Shown in pieces: positions 18,261 to 27,943 of a stretch of 64,000 nt of DNA. The first letter of the stretch is position 1, and each line of letters opens with the position of its first letter. The DNA is from Tepidisphaera sp. (GTDB lineage Bacteria; Planctomycetota; Phycisphaerae; Phycisphaerales; UBA1924), in the NCBI GenBank assembly GCA_050916045.1, contig CP051526.1:2336001-2400000 (forward strand), given 5' to 3'. The notes beneath the pieces were generated by a model. The model ran no database searches. It was given only the letters and a program-made list of their open reading frames with translations, and was not told the DNA's origin. A program made the position numbers and the translations under genes.

Positions 18261-19169
18261 TCAATCGATAAACCGCTTCGTAATCTCGCCGTACGCGTCG
18301 ATCCGCCGATCCCGCAGGAACGGCCAGTGCGTGCGGCTGAACTCGACCTTGCCGAGGTCGCACGGCACGATCAGCACCTGTTCCTTGTCGCTCGACGCCC
18401 TCGCTGCGACCTGGCCGTTCGGCTGAGCGACGAACGACTGGCCCCAGAACTCGATTCCAGCTTTGCTGAACGGCTTTCCGTCGCTGTCCAGCACGTGCTC
18501 GTGCCCGATGCGGTTGGGAGCGCAGACATAGCAGCCGTTGGCAATCGCGTGGGCACGTTGCATCGTCTCCCACGAATCGTGCTGAGCGACGCCAAACTCC
18601 TTCTTCTCAGCCGGGTGCCAGCCGATAGCGGTCGGGTAGAACAGGATCTGCGCCCCCTGCAGGGCGGTGAGCCGGGCCCCTTCCGGGAACCACTGGTCCC
18701 AGCAGATCAGCACGCCAATCTTGCCATAGGCCGTGTCCCACGTGCGGAACCCGGTGTCGCCGGGCGTGAAGTAGAACTTCTCGTAGTAGTGCGGGTCGTC
18801 GGGGATGTGCATCTTGCGGTAGATGCCCAGCAGCGAGCCGTCCGCGTCGATGATGACGGCGGTGTTGTGGTAGAGGCCCGCGGCCCGCCGTTCGAAGAGA
18901 CTGCCAACGATCACGATCTTGTGCTTCTTCGCCAGTTTCTGCAACGCCTGCGTCGAAGGCCCGGGGATCGGCTCGGCGTAGTTGAAGAACCGATGGTCCT
19001 CCCCCTGGCAGAAGTAGAGCGAGGTGAAAAGCTCCTGCGTGCAGACGATCTGGGCTCCGCTCTTAGCGGCGGCTTCGATCAGCTTGAGCTGGTGCTTGAG
19101 GTTTTCCTTCGGCGACTCGACGCACGCGAACTGCGTGAGTCCGATGTGGACGATGTTGGGCTTGGGCAT
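18261..19169 (-). CDS. aguB: N-carbamoylputrescine amidase (carbon-nitrogen hydrolase)
   Basis: QELF, YRKMHIPDDP.YYEKFYF, ICWDQWFPE; adjacent to aguA. Confidence 0.9.
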   Translation of the reverse strand: MPKPNIVHIGLTQFACVESPKENLKHQLKLIEAAAKSGAQIVCTQELFTSLYFCQGEDHRFFNYAEPIPGPSTQALQKLAKKHKIVIVGSLFERRAAGLYHNTAVIIDADGSLLGIYRKMHIPDDPHYYEKFYFTPGDTGFRTWDTAYGKIGVLICWDQWFPEGARLTALQGAQILFYPTAIGWHPAEKKEFGVAQHDSWETMQRAHAIANGCYVCAPNRIGHEHVLDSDGKPFSKAGIEFWGQSFVAQPNGQVAARASSDKEQVLIVPCDLGKVEFSRTHWPFLRDRRIDAYGEITKRFID

Positions 19170-19232
19170 GGGCGAAGGATAGGAAGAATGTCGCGAGCCG
19201 GAAGGGCGCTTGGCCGCTCCCGCGAGCCGCGA

Positions 19233-20768
19233 TCAACCGTCCTTGGCGCCGATGTCCTTGCGGACCTGCATGCCGGGGAACTTGATCTTTGCGACGGCTT
19301 CGTACGCCCGCTGGCGGGCGATCGCGAGGCCGTCGCCCAGGCCGGTGACGCCCAGGACGCGTCCGCCGGCGGTCACGATCTGGCTGTCCAGGTCGCGTTT
19401 GGTGCCCGCGTGGTAGACGGTGACGCCGGGGACGTGCATCGCGGCGTCGAGGCCCTCGATGACGACGCCGGAGCGCGGCTTGTCGGGGTATCCCTCGGCG
19501 GCGACGACGACGCAGCACGCGGCCCGCTCGTCCCACTCGACGTTGACCTGGTCGAGCTTGCCCTCGCAGGTGGCGATCATGAGTTCCAGCAGGTCGCTCT
19601 TGAGTCGCGTCATGAGCGGCTGCGTTTCGGGGTCGCCGAACCGGCAGTTGAACTCAAGCACCTTGGGCCCCGCGGGCGTCAGCATGAGGCCCGCGAAGAG
19701 CACGCCCCTGTAGTCGATCCCCTCGCGACGAAGGGCGTCGACCGTCGGAACGAGGATCTCAGACTCGACGACCGACATCACCTCGTCGGAGATCGACTTG
19801 CTCGGGCAGAACGCGCCCATGCCGCCGGTGTTGGGGCCCAGGTCGTTGTCCTTGAGGCGTTTGTGGTCCTGGCACGGGGGCAGCACGAGGATGTTGGTGC
19901 CGTCGGTGATGCAGAGGACCGAGACCTCGGGGCCTTCGAGGCGTTCTTCGATGAGGATCTGGCGGCCCGCGTCGCCGAAAGCCTTCTTGACGAGGATCGT
20001 GTCCACGGCGTCGAAGGCTTCCGCGAGGGAGTCGGGGACGAAGACGCCCTTTCCTTTGGCGAGACCGGTGGCCTTGATGACGGGGAGATCGGCCCGCTTG
20101 GCAAGCCACGCTTTGGCGAGGTTGACGGCTTCGGTGAGGATCGCGGCGTTGGTGCCATCGGGCGTGCGGACGAGCCCGGTGTCCTTGATGATGGTGACGT
20201 CGGCGTTGGTGATGCCCTGCTTGGCGAGGGAAGCAAAGCCGATGCGGAGGAGTGCGTCGGTCGCGAGGCGTCGCCGGGCGGGGTCGCGGACGACCGTGGC
20301 TTTGGCGAGGATCATGCCGACGGCATCGTCATCCTGAACGCGGCTCTCGATGAACTGTTTCGCGGCTTCGGGGTCGGTGAAGGTGCGGCTGTCGCCGGTG
20401 GGAACGCTGGCGGCGCGGAGGAGCTGCTTGCACCATGCTTTGTCGGACTCGATCTGGGCACCCTCTTTGGTGGGGCCAAAGACGAGCCGTCCGGGCGCGG
20501 CGAGCTTGTCCGCGTACCCCTCGGCGAGAGGGTCTTCCGGTCCGATCACGACCAGACCGATCTTCTTCTTCTCGCAGAACTGCTGCAAGCGGTAGATCTC
20601 GCGGATCCCGACGGGGACATCCACGGGGTGCCCGAGGCGCGACAAGCCGGGGTTCTCCGGGTGCGTGACCCAGAGTTCGCCCAGACGCGGGGACTGGTGA
20701 AGCTTGACCGCGATCGCGTGTTCACGCCCACCGCCGCCGATCAGAAGTACGTTGACCTTGTCGCTCAT
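19233..20768 (-). CDS. purD: Phosphoribosylamine-glycine ligase with internal insertion
   Basis: GGGGREHA, IGPEDPL, QDHKR, GPNTGGMGA, EFNCRFGDPETQ, TAGGRVL. Confidence 0.95.
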   Translation of the reverse strand: MSDKVNVLLIGGGGREHAIAVKLHQSPRLGELWVTHPENPGLSRLGHPVDVPVGIREIYRLQQFCEKKKIGLVVIGPEDPLAEGYADKLAAPGRLVFGPTKEGAQIESDKAWCKQLLRAASVPTGDSRTFTDPEAAKQFIESRVQDDDAVGMILAKATVVRDPARRRLATDALLRIGFASLAKQGITNADVTIIKDTGLVRTPDGTNAAILTEAVNLAKAWLAKRADLPVIKATGLAKGKGVFVPDSLAEAFDAVDTILVKKAFGDAGRQILIEERLEGPEVSVLCITDGTNILVLPPCQDHKRLKDNDLGPNTGGMGAFCPSKSISDEVMSVVESEILVPTVDALRREGIDYRGVLFAGLMLTPAGPKVLEFNCRFGDPETQPLMTRLKSDLLELMIATCEGKLDQVNVEWDERAACCVVVAAEGYPDKPRSGVVIEGLDAAMHVPGVTVYHAGTKRDLDSQIVTAGGRVLGVTGLGDGLAIARQRAYEAVAKIKFPGMQVRKDIGAKDG

Positions 20769-20883
20769 GCGGCGCGATGGTAGGAGAAGGAAGAGGCACC
20801 CCACCACCGCCGCGTGCGTGCGGGATGCGAAGATGCGTTTGGATTGACCCGACCCATCGGCGAGCCTAACCTTCAACTCAGAT

Positions 20884-20957
<74 letters not shown>

Positions 20958-21002
20958 TTGCCCGGGTCGTCCAGAAACTGGCCGACCCACCCGTTAGAAG
21001 TG

Positions 21003-21031
21003 AACGCCCCGACCGCAAGGCCGGGGCGTTT
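21003..21031 (+). terminator. Intrinsic terminator after tRNA
   Basis: AACGCCCCG-ACC GCAA GG-CCGGGGCGTTT hairpin. Confidence 0.7.
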
Positions 21032-21232
21032 GCGTTTCCGGGCCGCGTTTTGCCGAGTCTCTCGACATGCCCCACCGCGGGAAGTCTCACTGACTTGCGC
21101 CGTGAGACTCACGGGGCGCGGCATCTGGCCTGCGGGGACGCGTCCAAACCCAAAAAGTCTCAGAGTCTCTGCGTCTCACCCGGCACGCCGTTATAGCCGT
21201 GACCCGACAGCTTGTGGGTCGGCAACACGTGG

Positions 21233-21341
21233 CGAACCCGGCAAGGGCTACGACGCCAAGGCGGCGGAGTGGAAGGCGAAGCTGCCGCCCCCCGAGCGGG
21301 CCAAGGCCGAGCCCGTCAGCAAGCCGCCGGACAAGAAGTGA
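21233..21341 (+). pseudogene. C-terminal remnant of a TPR-containing Ser/Thr kinase-like gene
   Basis: EPGKGYDAKAAEWKAKL.. resembles the tail of planctomycete kinases (recalled, not searched); no upstream body. Confidence 0.55.
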
Positions 21342-21364
21342 CATCGGTGGCTGTTGCGTCGCAC

Positions 21365-21504
21365 CGAATCTGCGTTCGCATCCGGCTGCCGCTCGGAACG
21401 CCCTTGTGAACCCCTCCGCCCGTCAACCCGAGACTCCGAGAGTTCGAGAGGATTTCGACGCACCCATGACGAGACACCCGGTGTTCTGACCGGTTGGCAC
21501 TGAA
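21365..21504 (+). repeat. Dispersed repeat copy 1 (~140 bp)
   Basis: 21365-21452 matches 22756-22844; 21399-21504 matches 25492-25597. Confidence 0.9.
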
Positions 21505-21659
21505 GAAGTCTTGATCCAATCGACGTCGCGATCGCCGAAGGCGCGGGCGCAATCGAGGCACGTCTGGAACTTGGCATCGCAGGACGAGAAGTCCTTCGCC
21601 GTGTCCACCGACTGGCGGGTGTAGATCGCGAGTCGCGATGGCGGTGCGGCGGGCGGCAC
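21505..21659 (-). pseudogene. N-terminal remnant of a large serine recombinase
   Basis: LAIYTRQSVD..DFSSCDA: YxRxS catalytic motif and S..DA helix, truncated after ~50 codons at repeat copy 1. Confidence 0.7.
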
Positions 21660-21983
21660 GACGGGGGATCATCGGACTCAGCAGCGCCCGGGTCTGGTTC
21701 TGGGTGCTCGGATTATCGGACGACATGATCGGGCTGGCTTCGGACGGAGCCCGCTTCGTCCTCAACGGTCGAGCATCGGAGCCGCAGCATGAGCCATTTC
21801 CAGAGCCGCGAATCCTGCCCATCTTCACACGGCGCAATCTTCACGCGGATCCCGCAGAAAAAAGTGGTTCACAAAGGGGAACTCGGTGTATACTTCTCCA
21901 GCGGAGTTTCCCCGTGCCCGGCTGTTGCCGTGCGCGTGCCGCGGTCAACAATCGCCGCCCAACGGCGGCTGAGGAGAGAGAGC

Positions 21984-22631
21984 ATGAAGACTTCGATCGC
22001 TATCGGTGCGTTGGCCCTCGCGGCCTGCGCAGGTCAGTCGCACGCAGGGCCGGTGTTCTACGGGACGGCGAATGTCGGCACCACATCTGCGTGGACTGTG
22101 TCGACCATGGTCAGCCCGATTGAGGGCTTGGCCTCGAACTTCGGCGTCAACCCGTTCACCCAGGCCGTCAACCTCACCACGCCGGGCCGCTCCGACTGGA
22201 TCGCTGATGTTCCCAGCGGCAGTCACGGAGGCGTCGGCAACTGGACCTACTTCGTCTTCCGCCAGACCTTCGACCTGACCGGCTATGACCCCAGCACCGC
22301 CAACCTCACCATTCGCTGGGCGGCCGATGACGGCGGCCAGGGTGGCCTTGGAGGCTCCTGGATCCCCGCCTTCCGCGTCAACGGCGGCTCGTTTGTCAAC
22401 TACATCGGCTCCACCCCCGAAAACCGCATTTTGACCTACTCCCTCAGCGCCCCCCAGAGCATCACCAGCGGCTTCGTGCCCGGCCTGAACACCATCGACT
22501 TCTACGTGCAGGGCAACGGCCAGACCGACGGCTTCCTTTTGGAAGTGGTGAGTTTCACCGCCGTCCCCACCCCCGGCGCGGCCGCACTGCTCGGCCTCGG
22601 CGGCCTGTTCGCCGCGCGTCGTCGCCGCTGA
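21984..22631 (+). CDS. PEP-CTERM-type sorted surface protein
   Basis: Signal peptide MKTSIAIGALALAACAGQSHA; C-terminal VPTPGAAALLGLGGLFAARRRR. Confidence 0.9.
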   Translation: MKTSIAIGALALAACAGQSHAGPVFYGTANVGTTSAWTVSTMVSPIEGLASNFGVNPFTQAVNLTTPGRSDWIADVPSGSHGGVGNWTYFVFRQTFDLTGYDPSTANLTIRWAADDGGQGGLGGSWIPAFRVNGGSFVNYIGSTPENRILTYSLSAPQSITSGFVPGLNTIDFYVQGNGQTDGFLLEVVSFTAVPTPGAAALLGLGGLFAARRRR

Positions 22632-22670
22632 GTTCGCTCAGCCCTGACCGCACAACCTGAGCTCACCCCT

Positions 22671-22700
22671 CCACGGCCCGGGCACACGCTCGGGCCGTGG
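22671..22700 (+). terminator. Hairpin terminator after PEP-CTERM gene
   Basis: CCACGGCCCGGGC ACAC GCTCGGGCCGTGG followed by TCGTTTG. Confidence 0.55.
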
Positions 22701-22755
22701 TCGTTTGTCAGTGCCCTCGGTGGGTCTTGTTACCGGTCAAACGCGAGCAACCGAT

Positions 22756-22844
22756 CGAATCTGCGTTCGCATCCGGCTGCCGCTTGGAACGCCCTGTGTT
22801 AACCCCTCCGCCCGTCAACCCGAGACTCCGAGAGTTTGAGAGGA
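22756..22844 (+). repeat. Dispersed repeat copy 2
   Basis: CGAATCTGCGTTCGCATCCGGCTGCCGC...CCCGTCAACCCGAGACTCCGAGAGTT.GAGAGGA, near-identical to 21365-21452. Confidence 0.9.
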
Positions 22845-22888
22845 GCTTCCTTCCGACCCCGCCGTGAGGCGGGGTCGGAAGGAAGCTC
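22843..22888. repeat. Perfect 21-bp palindrome with GTGA loop
   Basis: GAGCTTCCTTCCGACCCCGCC GTGA GGCGGGGTCGGAAGGAAGCTC. Confidence 0.9.
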
Positions 22889-22996
22889 GGCGGCAATAAC
22901 CGATGAGAACCTGATCGCGTTGCGGTGAGGTGGCAATATCGCATCGCCCGGAGCGTTTGCCTCCCTGTACGTTGTCCCCGCGCGCTGGAGTCCCGC

Positions 22997-25465
22997 ATGA
23001 AGTCTGCCCGTGAGATCATCTGGTCCGGTCTGGTCTCCATCGTGGCCGTGGTGGCCATGTGTGCCCCGACGGCACTGGGGCAGCAGTGGGTGACGCCCGC
23101 GGTCACTGCGCCGCGCGTGCAGCAGGTCATCTTCAACAGTGCCGCCGTCGGGGCGCCTGTGAGTTACCACGTTTACACACCGCCGGTCTACGACTCTGAC
23201 CCGACCCGACGATTCCCGGTGCTGTATTGGCTCCACGGCAGTAACAGCGTTCTCACCGGCATCGCCCCGATGAGCGCGTGGTTCGACAGCGCGATCGCCA
23301 ACGGGCGCATCCAGCCCATGATCGTCGTCTTCCCCAACGGTCTTCCACTGGGGATGTGGTGCAACTGGGCCAACGGTGCGGCCCGCGTTGAGGACATGGT
23401 CATCCAGGACCTGATCCCGGAGGTCGACGGGCGGTTGCGCACGATCGCCAGTCGCCAAGGCCGAATCATCGAAGGCTTCAGCATGGGGGGCTATGGGGCC
23501 GCCCGGATGGGATTCCGGCACAACCAGCTCTTCGGCGGGATCTCCATGCTCGGCGCAGGGCCGCTGCAGTTGGACTTCTTGGTCGATGTTCCCGGCAGTC
23601 CGGTCACACCCCAGCAGCGAGCCCAGATCTATCGCGACGTCTACGGCAATGATCAAGCCATCTACCTCGCGCAGAGCCCGTGGATGCTCGCGGAGGTGCA
23701 TCGGGACGCCCTCGTCGCTTCAGTCATGCCCATTCGCCAGCTCATCGGTGGCTCGGACTTCTCGCTCCCAGCCAACGTCGACTTTCATGAACGGCTGAAC
23801 GCCCTGAGCATCCCGCACACGTTCTTCAATCCCCCCGGTGTCGGTCACGACGCGCTCGGGCTCTTCAACGCCTATGGGGAGTCGAACTGGGCGTTCTATC
23901 ACGCCGTCTTTGGCTCCGTGCTGGGCACGTGCCCCACCTGCGTGCCCCTGAACGACCTGGGCCCCGGCCTGTATCTCGGCCAGTATTCGGGCGGGCTCTA
24001 CCCGGATGGCCAGAGTGTCCCGCCGCTTGCGCATCAGACCGCCTTTGATGCCGCCGCCCGCGCGATCCGTCCGCTCGATGCTGGCGGTCGCCCGACGCCC
24101 GACGGGCTCGTCGGGTTTATCACACTGGGCATGTCCAATGCGACGATGGAGTTCGGTGCGACCGAGGTGCTTGTTGATGCCGACCAGGCGAGGAACGCCC
24201 GCGTGGTGATGGTGAATACGGCGCTCGGATCGCATCCCATCGAACTGATCAACAACCCGAACGAAGACTACTGGACGCTGCTGGACACCAGGCTTGCTGC
24301 TGCGGGGCTCACTCGACAGCAGGTGCAGGTGCTCTGGATCAAGCAAGCTTTCAACGTTGCGCCGACCACGGCGTTCCCCGCTCACGCAAGCGCCCTCCAA
24401 GAGCAGTACGTGCTGCTCGTGAATCTCGCCAAGCAGCGGTTCCCAAACCTGCGGCTGGCGTACCTGTCCAGTCGCTTCTACGGCGGATACAGCACGAATC
24501 CCCAGCGGAACGAGCCGCTCAGCTACGAGACCGGCTTCGCCGTCAAGTGGCTGGTCGAGGCGCAGATCACCGGTTCAGATCCAAGGCTCAGGCACATCGG
24601 CGAGGACGCGCCGGCCCCGGTGCTGGCGTGGGGCCCGTACGTCTGGGCGAACGGGACCACGCCGAGATCCGACGGACTCACCTGGCAGTTGACGGACTTT
24701 GAGACCGACCGAATTCACCCCAACGACTCCGGACGATCGAAGGTCGCGCAGCAGTTCATGTCGGTATTCACTGATGCACAACGCGCCCCGTGGTATCGGC
24801 GACTTCCCACTTCGCGCGTGGTGATGCGGGAAGTTGTCGCGGACGCCACGCTCGATGCGCAGCAGCCGAACACTCCGTTCGGGATGCAGCCCTCTTTGCA
24901 GATCGATCAGGGGCGGAACGTGTCGTTGCTCCGATTCGACCTCGCTGGCATCACCGGACGGGTGCTCCATGCCAAGCTCTACGTTCGCCGTGGTGGGACC
25001 ACCAGCGGCGCGGTTGGCGTCCGCGGACCGGTTGCCTCGAACTGGGTCGAGAACACGGTGACGTGGAGCACCGCCCCGAACAGTTCTTCCGCCTTGCTGC
25101 TCGCATCGCTCCCCGATGAGGATGACTTCGGCGGGACGGCCAGCACGTGGTCGTTCGATGTCTCGTCCGTTGTCCGCTCGTCACTTGGCGGCCTGCTCAC
25201 CCTCGCGATGACCTCTCAGGACCAACCGGGGGACTTCGCCATCGTGCGAGCGCGAGAGTCAGGCGCACCGGCACGACTGGTCCTCCTCATCGACTTCTCC
25301 GATGTCGACGCCGACGGAGTGCTCGCAATCGACGACCTCTATCGCCAGAACCAAACCCCCGCCGACACCAACGGCGACGGACTGATCAATCAATCCGACC
25401 TCGACGACCTCACAGCCTGGTACCGCTGGTATGAGATCGAGGACATGACGGCGGGACGGAGATAG
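22997..25465 (+). CDS. Secreted multidomain esterase: CE1-like alpha/beta hydrolase + SGNH-like domain + DNRLRE/CBM96-like domain + dockerin-like tail
   Basis: PVLYWLHG, GFSMGGYG; LGMSN...DRIHP; ADATL...SLLRFDL..W.E..VTW; DVDADG..DTNGDG. Confidence 0.8.
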   Translation: MKSAREIIWSGLVSIVAVVAMCAPTALGQQWVTPAVTAPRVQQVIFNSAAVGAPVSYHVYTPPVYDSDPTRRFPVLYWLHGSNSVLTGIAPMSAWFDSAIANGRIQPMIVVFPNGLPLGMWCNWANGAARVEDMVIQDLIPEVDGRLRTIASRQGRIIEGFSMGGYGAARMGFRHNQLFGGISMLGAGPLQLDFLVDVPGSPVTPQQRAQIYRDVYGNDQAIYLAQSPWMLAEVHRDALVASVMPIRQLIGGSDFSLPANVDFHERLNALSIPHTFFNPPGVGHDALGLFNAYGESNWAFYHAVFGSVLGTCPTCVPLNDLGPGLYLGQYSGGLYPDGQSVPPLAHQTAFDAAARAIRPLDAGGRPTPDGLVGFITLGMSNATMEFGATEVLVDADQARNARVVMVNTALGSHPIELINNPNEDYWTLLDTRLAAAGLTRQQVQVLWIKQAFNVAPTTAFPAHASALQEQYVLLVNLAKQRFPNLRLAYLSSRFYGGYSTNPQRNEPLSYETGFAVKWLVEAQITGSDPRLRHIGEDAPAPVLAWGPYVWANGTTPRSDGLTWQLTDFETDRIHPNDSGRSKVAQQFMSVFTDAQRAPWYRRLPTSRVVMREVVADATLDAQQPNTPFGMQPSLQIDQGRNVSLLRFDLAGITGRVLHAKLYVRRGGTTSGAVGVRGPVASNWVENTVTWSTAPNSSSALLLASLPDEDDFGGTASTWSFDVSSVVRSSLGGLLTLAMTSQDQPGDFAIVRARESGAPARLVLLIDFSDVDADGVLAIDDLYRQNQTPADTNGDGLINQSDLDDLTAWYRWYEIEDMTAGRR

Positions 25466-25491
25466 GCAGCCGACCGTGGCGTACCGGTACT

Positions 25492-25597
25492 CGCCCCTGT
25501 TAACCCCGGCGCCCGTCAACCCGAGACTGCGAGAGTTCGAGAGGATTTCGACGCACCCATGACGAGACACCCGGTGTCCTGACCGGTTGGCTCTGAA
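25492..25597 (+). repeat. Dispersed repeat copy 3
   Basis: 106 bp near-identical to 21399-21504. Confidence 0.9.
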
Positions 25598-25698
25598 TCG
25601 GTCTCGAACCGAGAGCGCAGCGGGCCAAGCCCTGCAACCGACAAATCGCCCGCATGCTGCGGGCTTTCTGGCCAACCCGCCTCGCATTTATGAGCGGT

Positions 25699-26727
25699 TC
25701 AAGCGGAACGAACAGTTCCATTGATCACGGCCAAAGCCATGTCTGCCGCCTCCTCTGCGGTGCCCCAGGCGAGGCTGACTCCGCTGCGGCCATGCCCATA
25801 GTTGTGGACGATGGTTCGGCCCGCCCCTGCATGCTCAATCTCAAGGCGAATGTCCTCACTGATTCCCGCCTCGCCTCGAATGGGTCGCAATCCCACGCGT
25901 CGATCGATAATCTCCGCACCCAGATCCCGCCAGTTCGGGCAACCGTCGATGCAAGCAAGACGACGGCAGCGCTCGATGATCGCCTGCACCTCTTCCTCCT
26001 CGATCACCTCATCCCATACGTCCGCCTCGTACGTGCTTCCAAGCACCAAATGGTCGTCATAGATGAACACATACGTCACGATGTTGTCCGGCGCGTCGTC
26101 GTGAAGGCTGCGTACAAGTCCAGGAGTTCGTCGCGTATGGACAACAATCCCTCGCATCGCCCGAACCAGCGGATCGCGGGCGAGCGTGCGAGCGCCGACA
26201 CCCGCGCAGTTGACAACGATCGCGTGACCGCGTTCAAACAGCATGTCAATCGAGGTGAGCTGCTCTTCGACCATGCGCCCGCCCAGCAGAACAAAGCGGC
26301 TCTCCAGCCATGCAAGGTGCCGATTCGTGTCGATGTGAGGTCGATCTGAATCAAGCACCGCCGCAAAGCCCTGCGGCATGACCGGTACGGCACGCTGGCT
26401 CGAAAGATCCGCAAAGGGACGTGGCCCCGGTTGCCGGTAGCAGTACTCCCGAAACGGTCCAAATCGCACTCCGGCAGTTGGCCCCTCGCGGTGCTCCAGT
26501 GCACGCAAAGCTTCGAGGGACGTCTGAGCCCAGCGGCGAGACCTCGCGACGTCCGAACCCGGAAACGGCGTGAACATGGCGGGAGCTACGGCGGAAGCGA
26601 TTCGTGGCGACCGATGTTCGGCATGGATGGTGACCGCAAGGCCCCGCTCGAGCAGACGCACCGCCGTGCTGAGTCCGACGACACCCGCGCCGATGACCGC
26701 GATAGGGGAAGCCTCGTGCTGGCGCAT
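25699..26727 (-). CDS. D-amino-acid oxidase family FAD oxidoreductase
   Basis: VIGAGVVGLSTA, VVNCAGVGA, VGLRP, HNYGHGRSGVSLAWG. Confidence 0.88.
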   Translation of the reverse strand: MRQHEASPIAVIGAGVVGLSTAVRLLERGLAVTIHAEHRSPRIASAVAPAMFTPFPGSDVARSRRWAQTSLEALRALEHREGPTAGVRFGPFREYCYRQPGPRPFADLSSQRAVPVMPQGFAAVLDSDRPHIDTNRHLAWLESRFVLLGGRMVEEQLTSIDMLFERGHAIVVNCAGVGARTLARDPLVRAMRGIVVHTRRTPGLVRSLHDDAPDNIVTYVFIYDDHLVLGSTYEADVWDEVIEEEEVQAIIERCRRLACIDGCPNWRDLGAEIIDRRVGLRPIRGEAGISEDIRLEIEHAGAGRTIVHNYGHGRSGVSLAWGTAEEAADMALAVINGTVRSA

Positions 26728-27943
26728 TCGGAAAGAGTACGCACTGCGCGCATGCGAGTTCGGACTCGCGTGCGATTCCGTCTTTGGCGCAAAACAGCCT
26801 CATCACCCGGACCGCAGGTATCCGGTCGGGTGGAAAGTCGGGGGTCGCTTCATTCTCTCTATGCAATCGCCGGACGGGCTATGCGCGCCTCCGTCTGGAA
26901 AACAGGCAGAACGACGGGCACGCCGCCCTCGGCACACATCGCCGCCCGGGAGAATCGCGCCGCGACGGAGCGGTGTTGTGCATCGGTTCGTGTCGGGACC
27001 TCCCGGCTACGCGCTCCATAATCGCCAAAGGGAGCATGCCCGCCCGAGACCCCCTCTGGCACGCTCAAAAGCGGTCTCTGTGGGTCTCGGCGGCCTGCCG
27101 ACGGCCGTTCATGCCGGTGGATTGAACTCCCGAACATGTCGCGCCCCCCGCTATGTCTATGTTGGTCTCTCTATCGCGTCGGGTTACCGCTACGCGCCCA
27201 CTATTGCCGGGCCGGTTGCGAAAGCAGCCGGCCCTTTGGCTTTTTAGTGAACGCCGCTGAGAGACCTCGGCGGCGTTTTCGCGCTTTGGCCCGCGTTTGG
27301 GCCCACGTTCCGAGGGGTTCGCCATCGCGACGGCGTGCGGGGAGGGTGCGTCCCCACAGCCCGGCGAGATCCGCACCCGCGTGCGTTTGCTCGACCCGCG
27401 AGCCCGTCGGGATCCCCGGTTGCCGGCGGGCTGCGTCGTACGCTGAAACATCCTGCGGATTGAGCTCTTGGCTCGCATTGGCGGCGTGCGCCTCGACGCC
27501 AAAGCAGTGCTCACAGCGCCGCTCAGGCCCATAGGGCCGCTCAGGCTCACGGGGCCGCTCAGCGAGAGGGGCCCGGCTGAAGCTCGGGCTTTGGCCTGTT
27601 GAGAGCGGCTTGACACTGTCTTCAACGCGGCGATGGGCTCACGCCCAATCACCCGGCGGGGTGGCATGCCGGGGCGATGATGGAATGAGTCGCTTTTCGA
27701 GTGTCGGTGCGTCGGCGATCGAGCCAGGCCGGGGCTGCTTGCCTGCTTCGTTTCCCGATGGGACGACGTGGCGTACGACCCGCGCGTACTTCAACCCGAC
27801 CGTCGGCGAGTCGAAGCCGAATCCCGACGGGGAGCATCTCCTTCTGGGCGCACACCTGTTCGCGGAGAGGTGGGTCGAAGAGCGACGATCTCGCCACCAG
27901 GGACGGTGGCAGGTCAACAGGCAAGCAGTGGCTCATTCTTGCG

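Noticed and set aside
20091..20339. Intein in PurD
   Set aside because: Too short and lacks the splice-junction residues.
21365..25597. Repeats as classical integron attC sites or tRNA-derived att sites
   Set aside because: No RYYYAAC...GTTRRRY long imperfect palindrome, no tyrosine integrase and no match to the tRNA 3' end.
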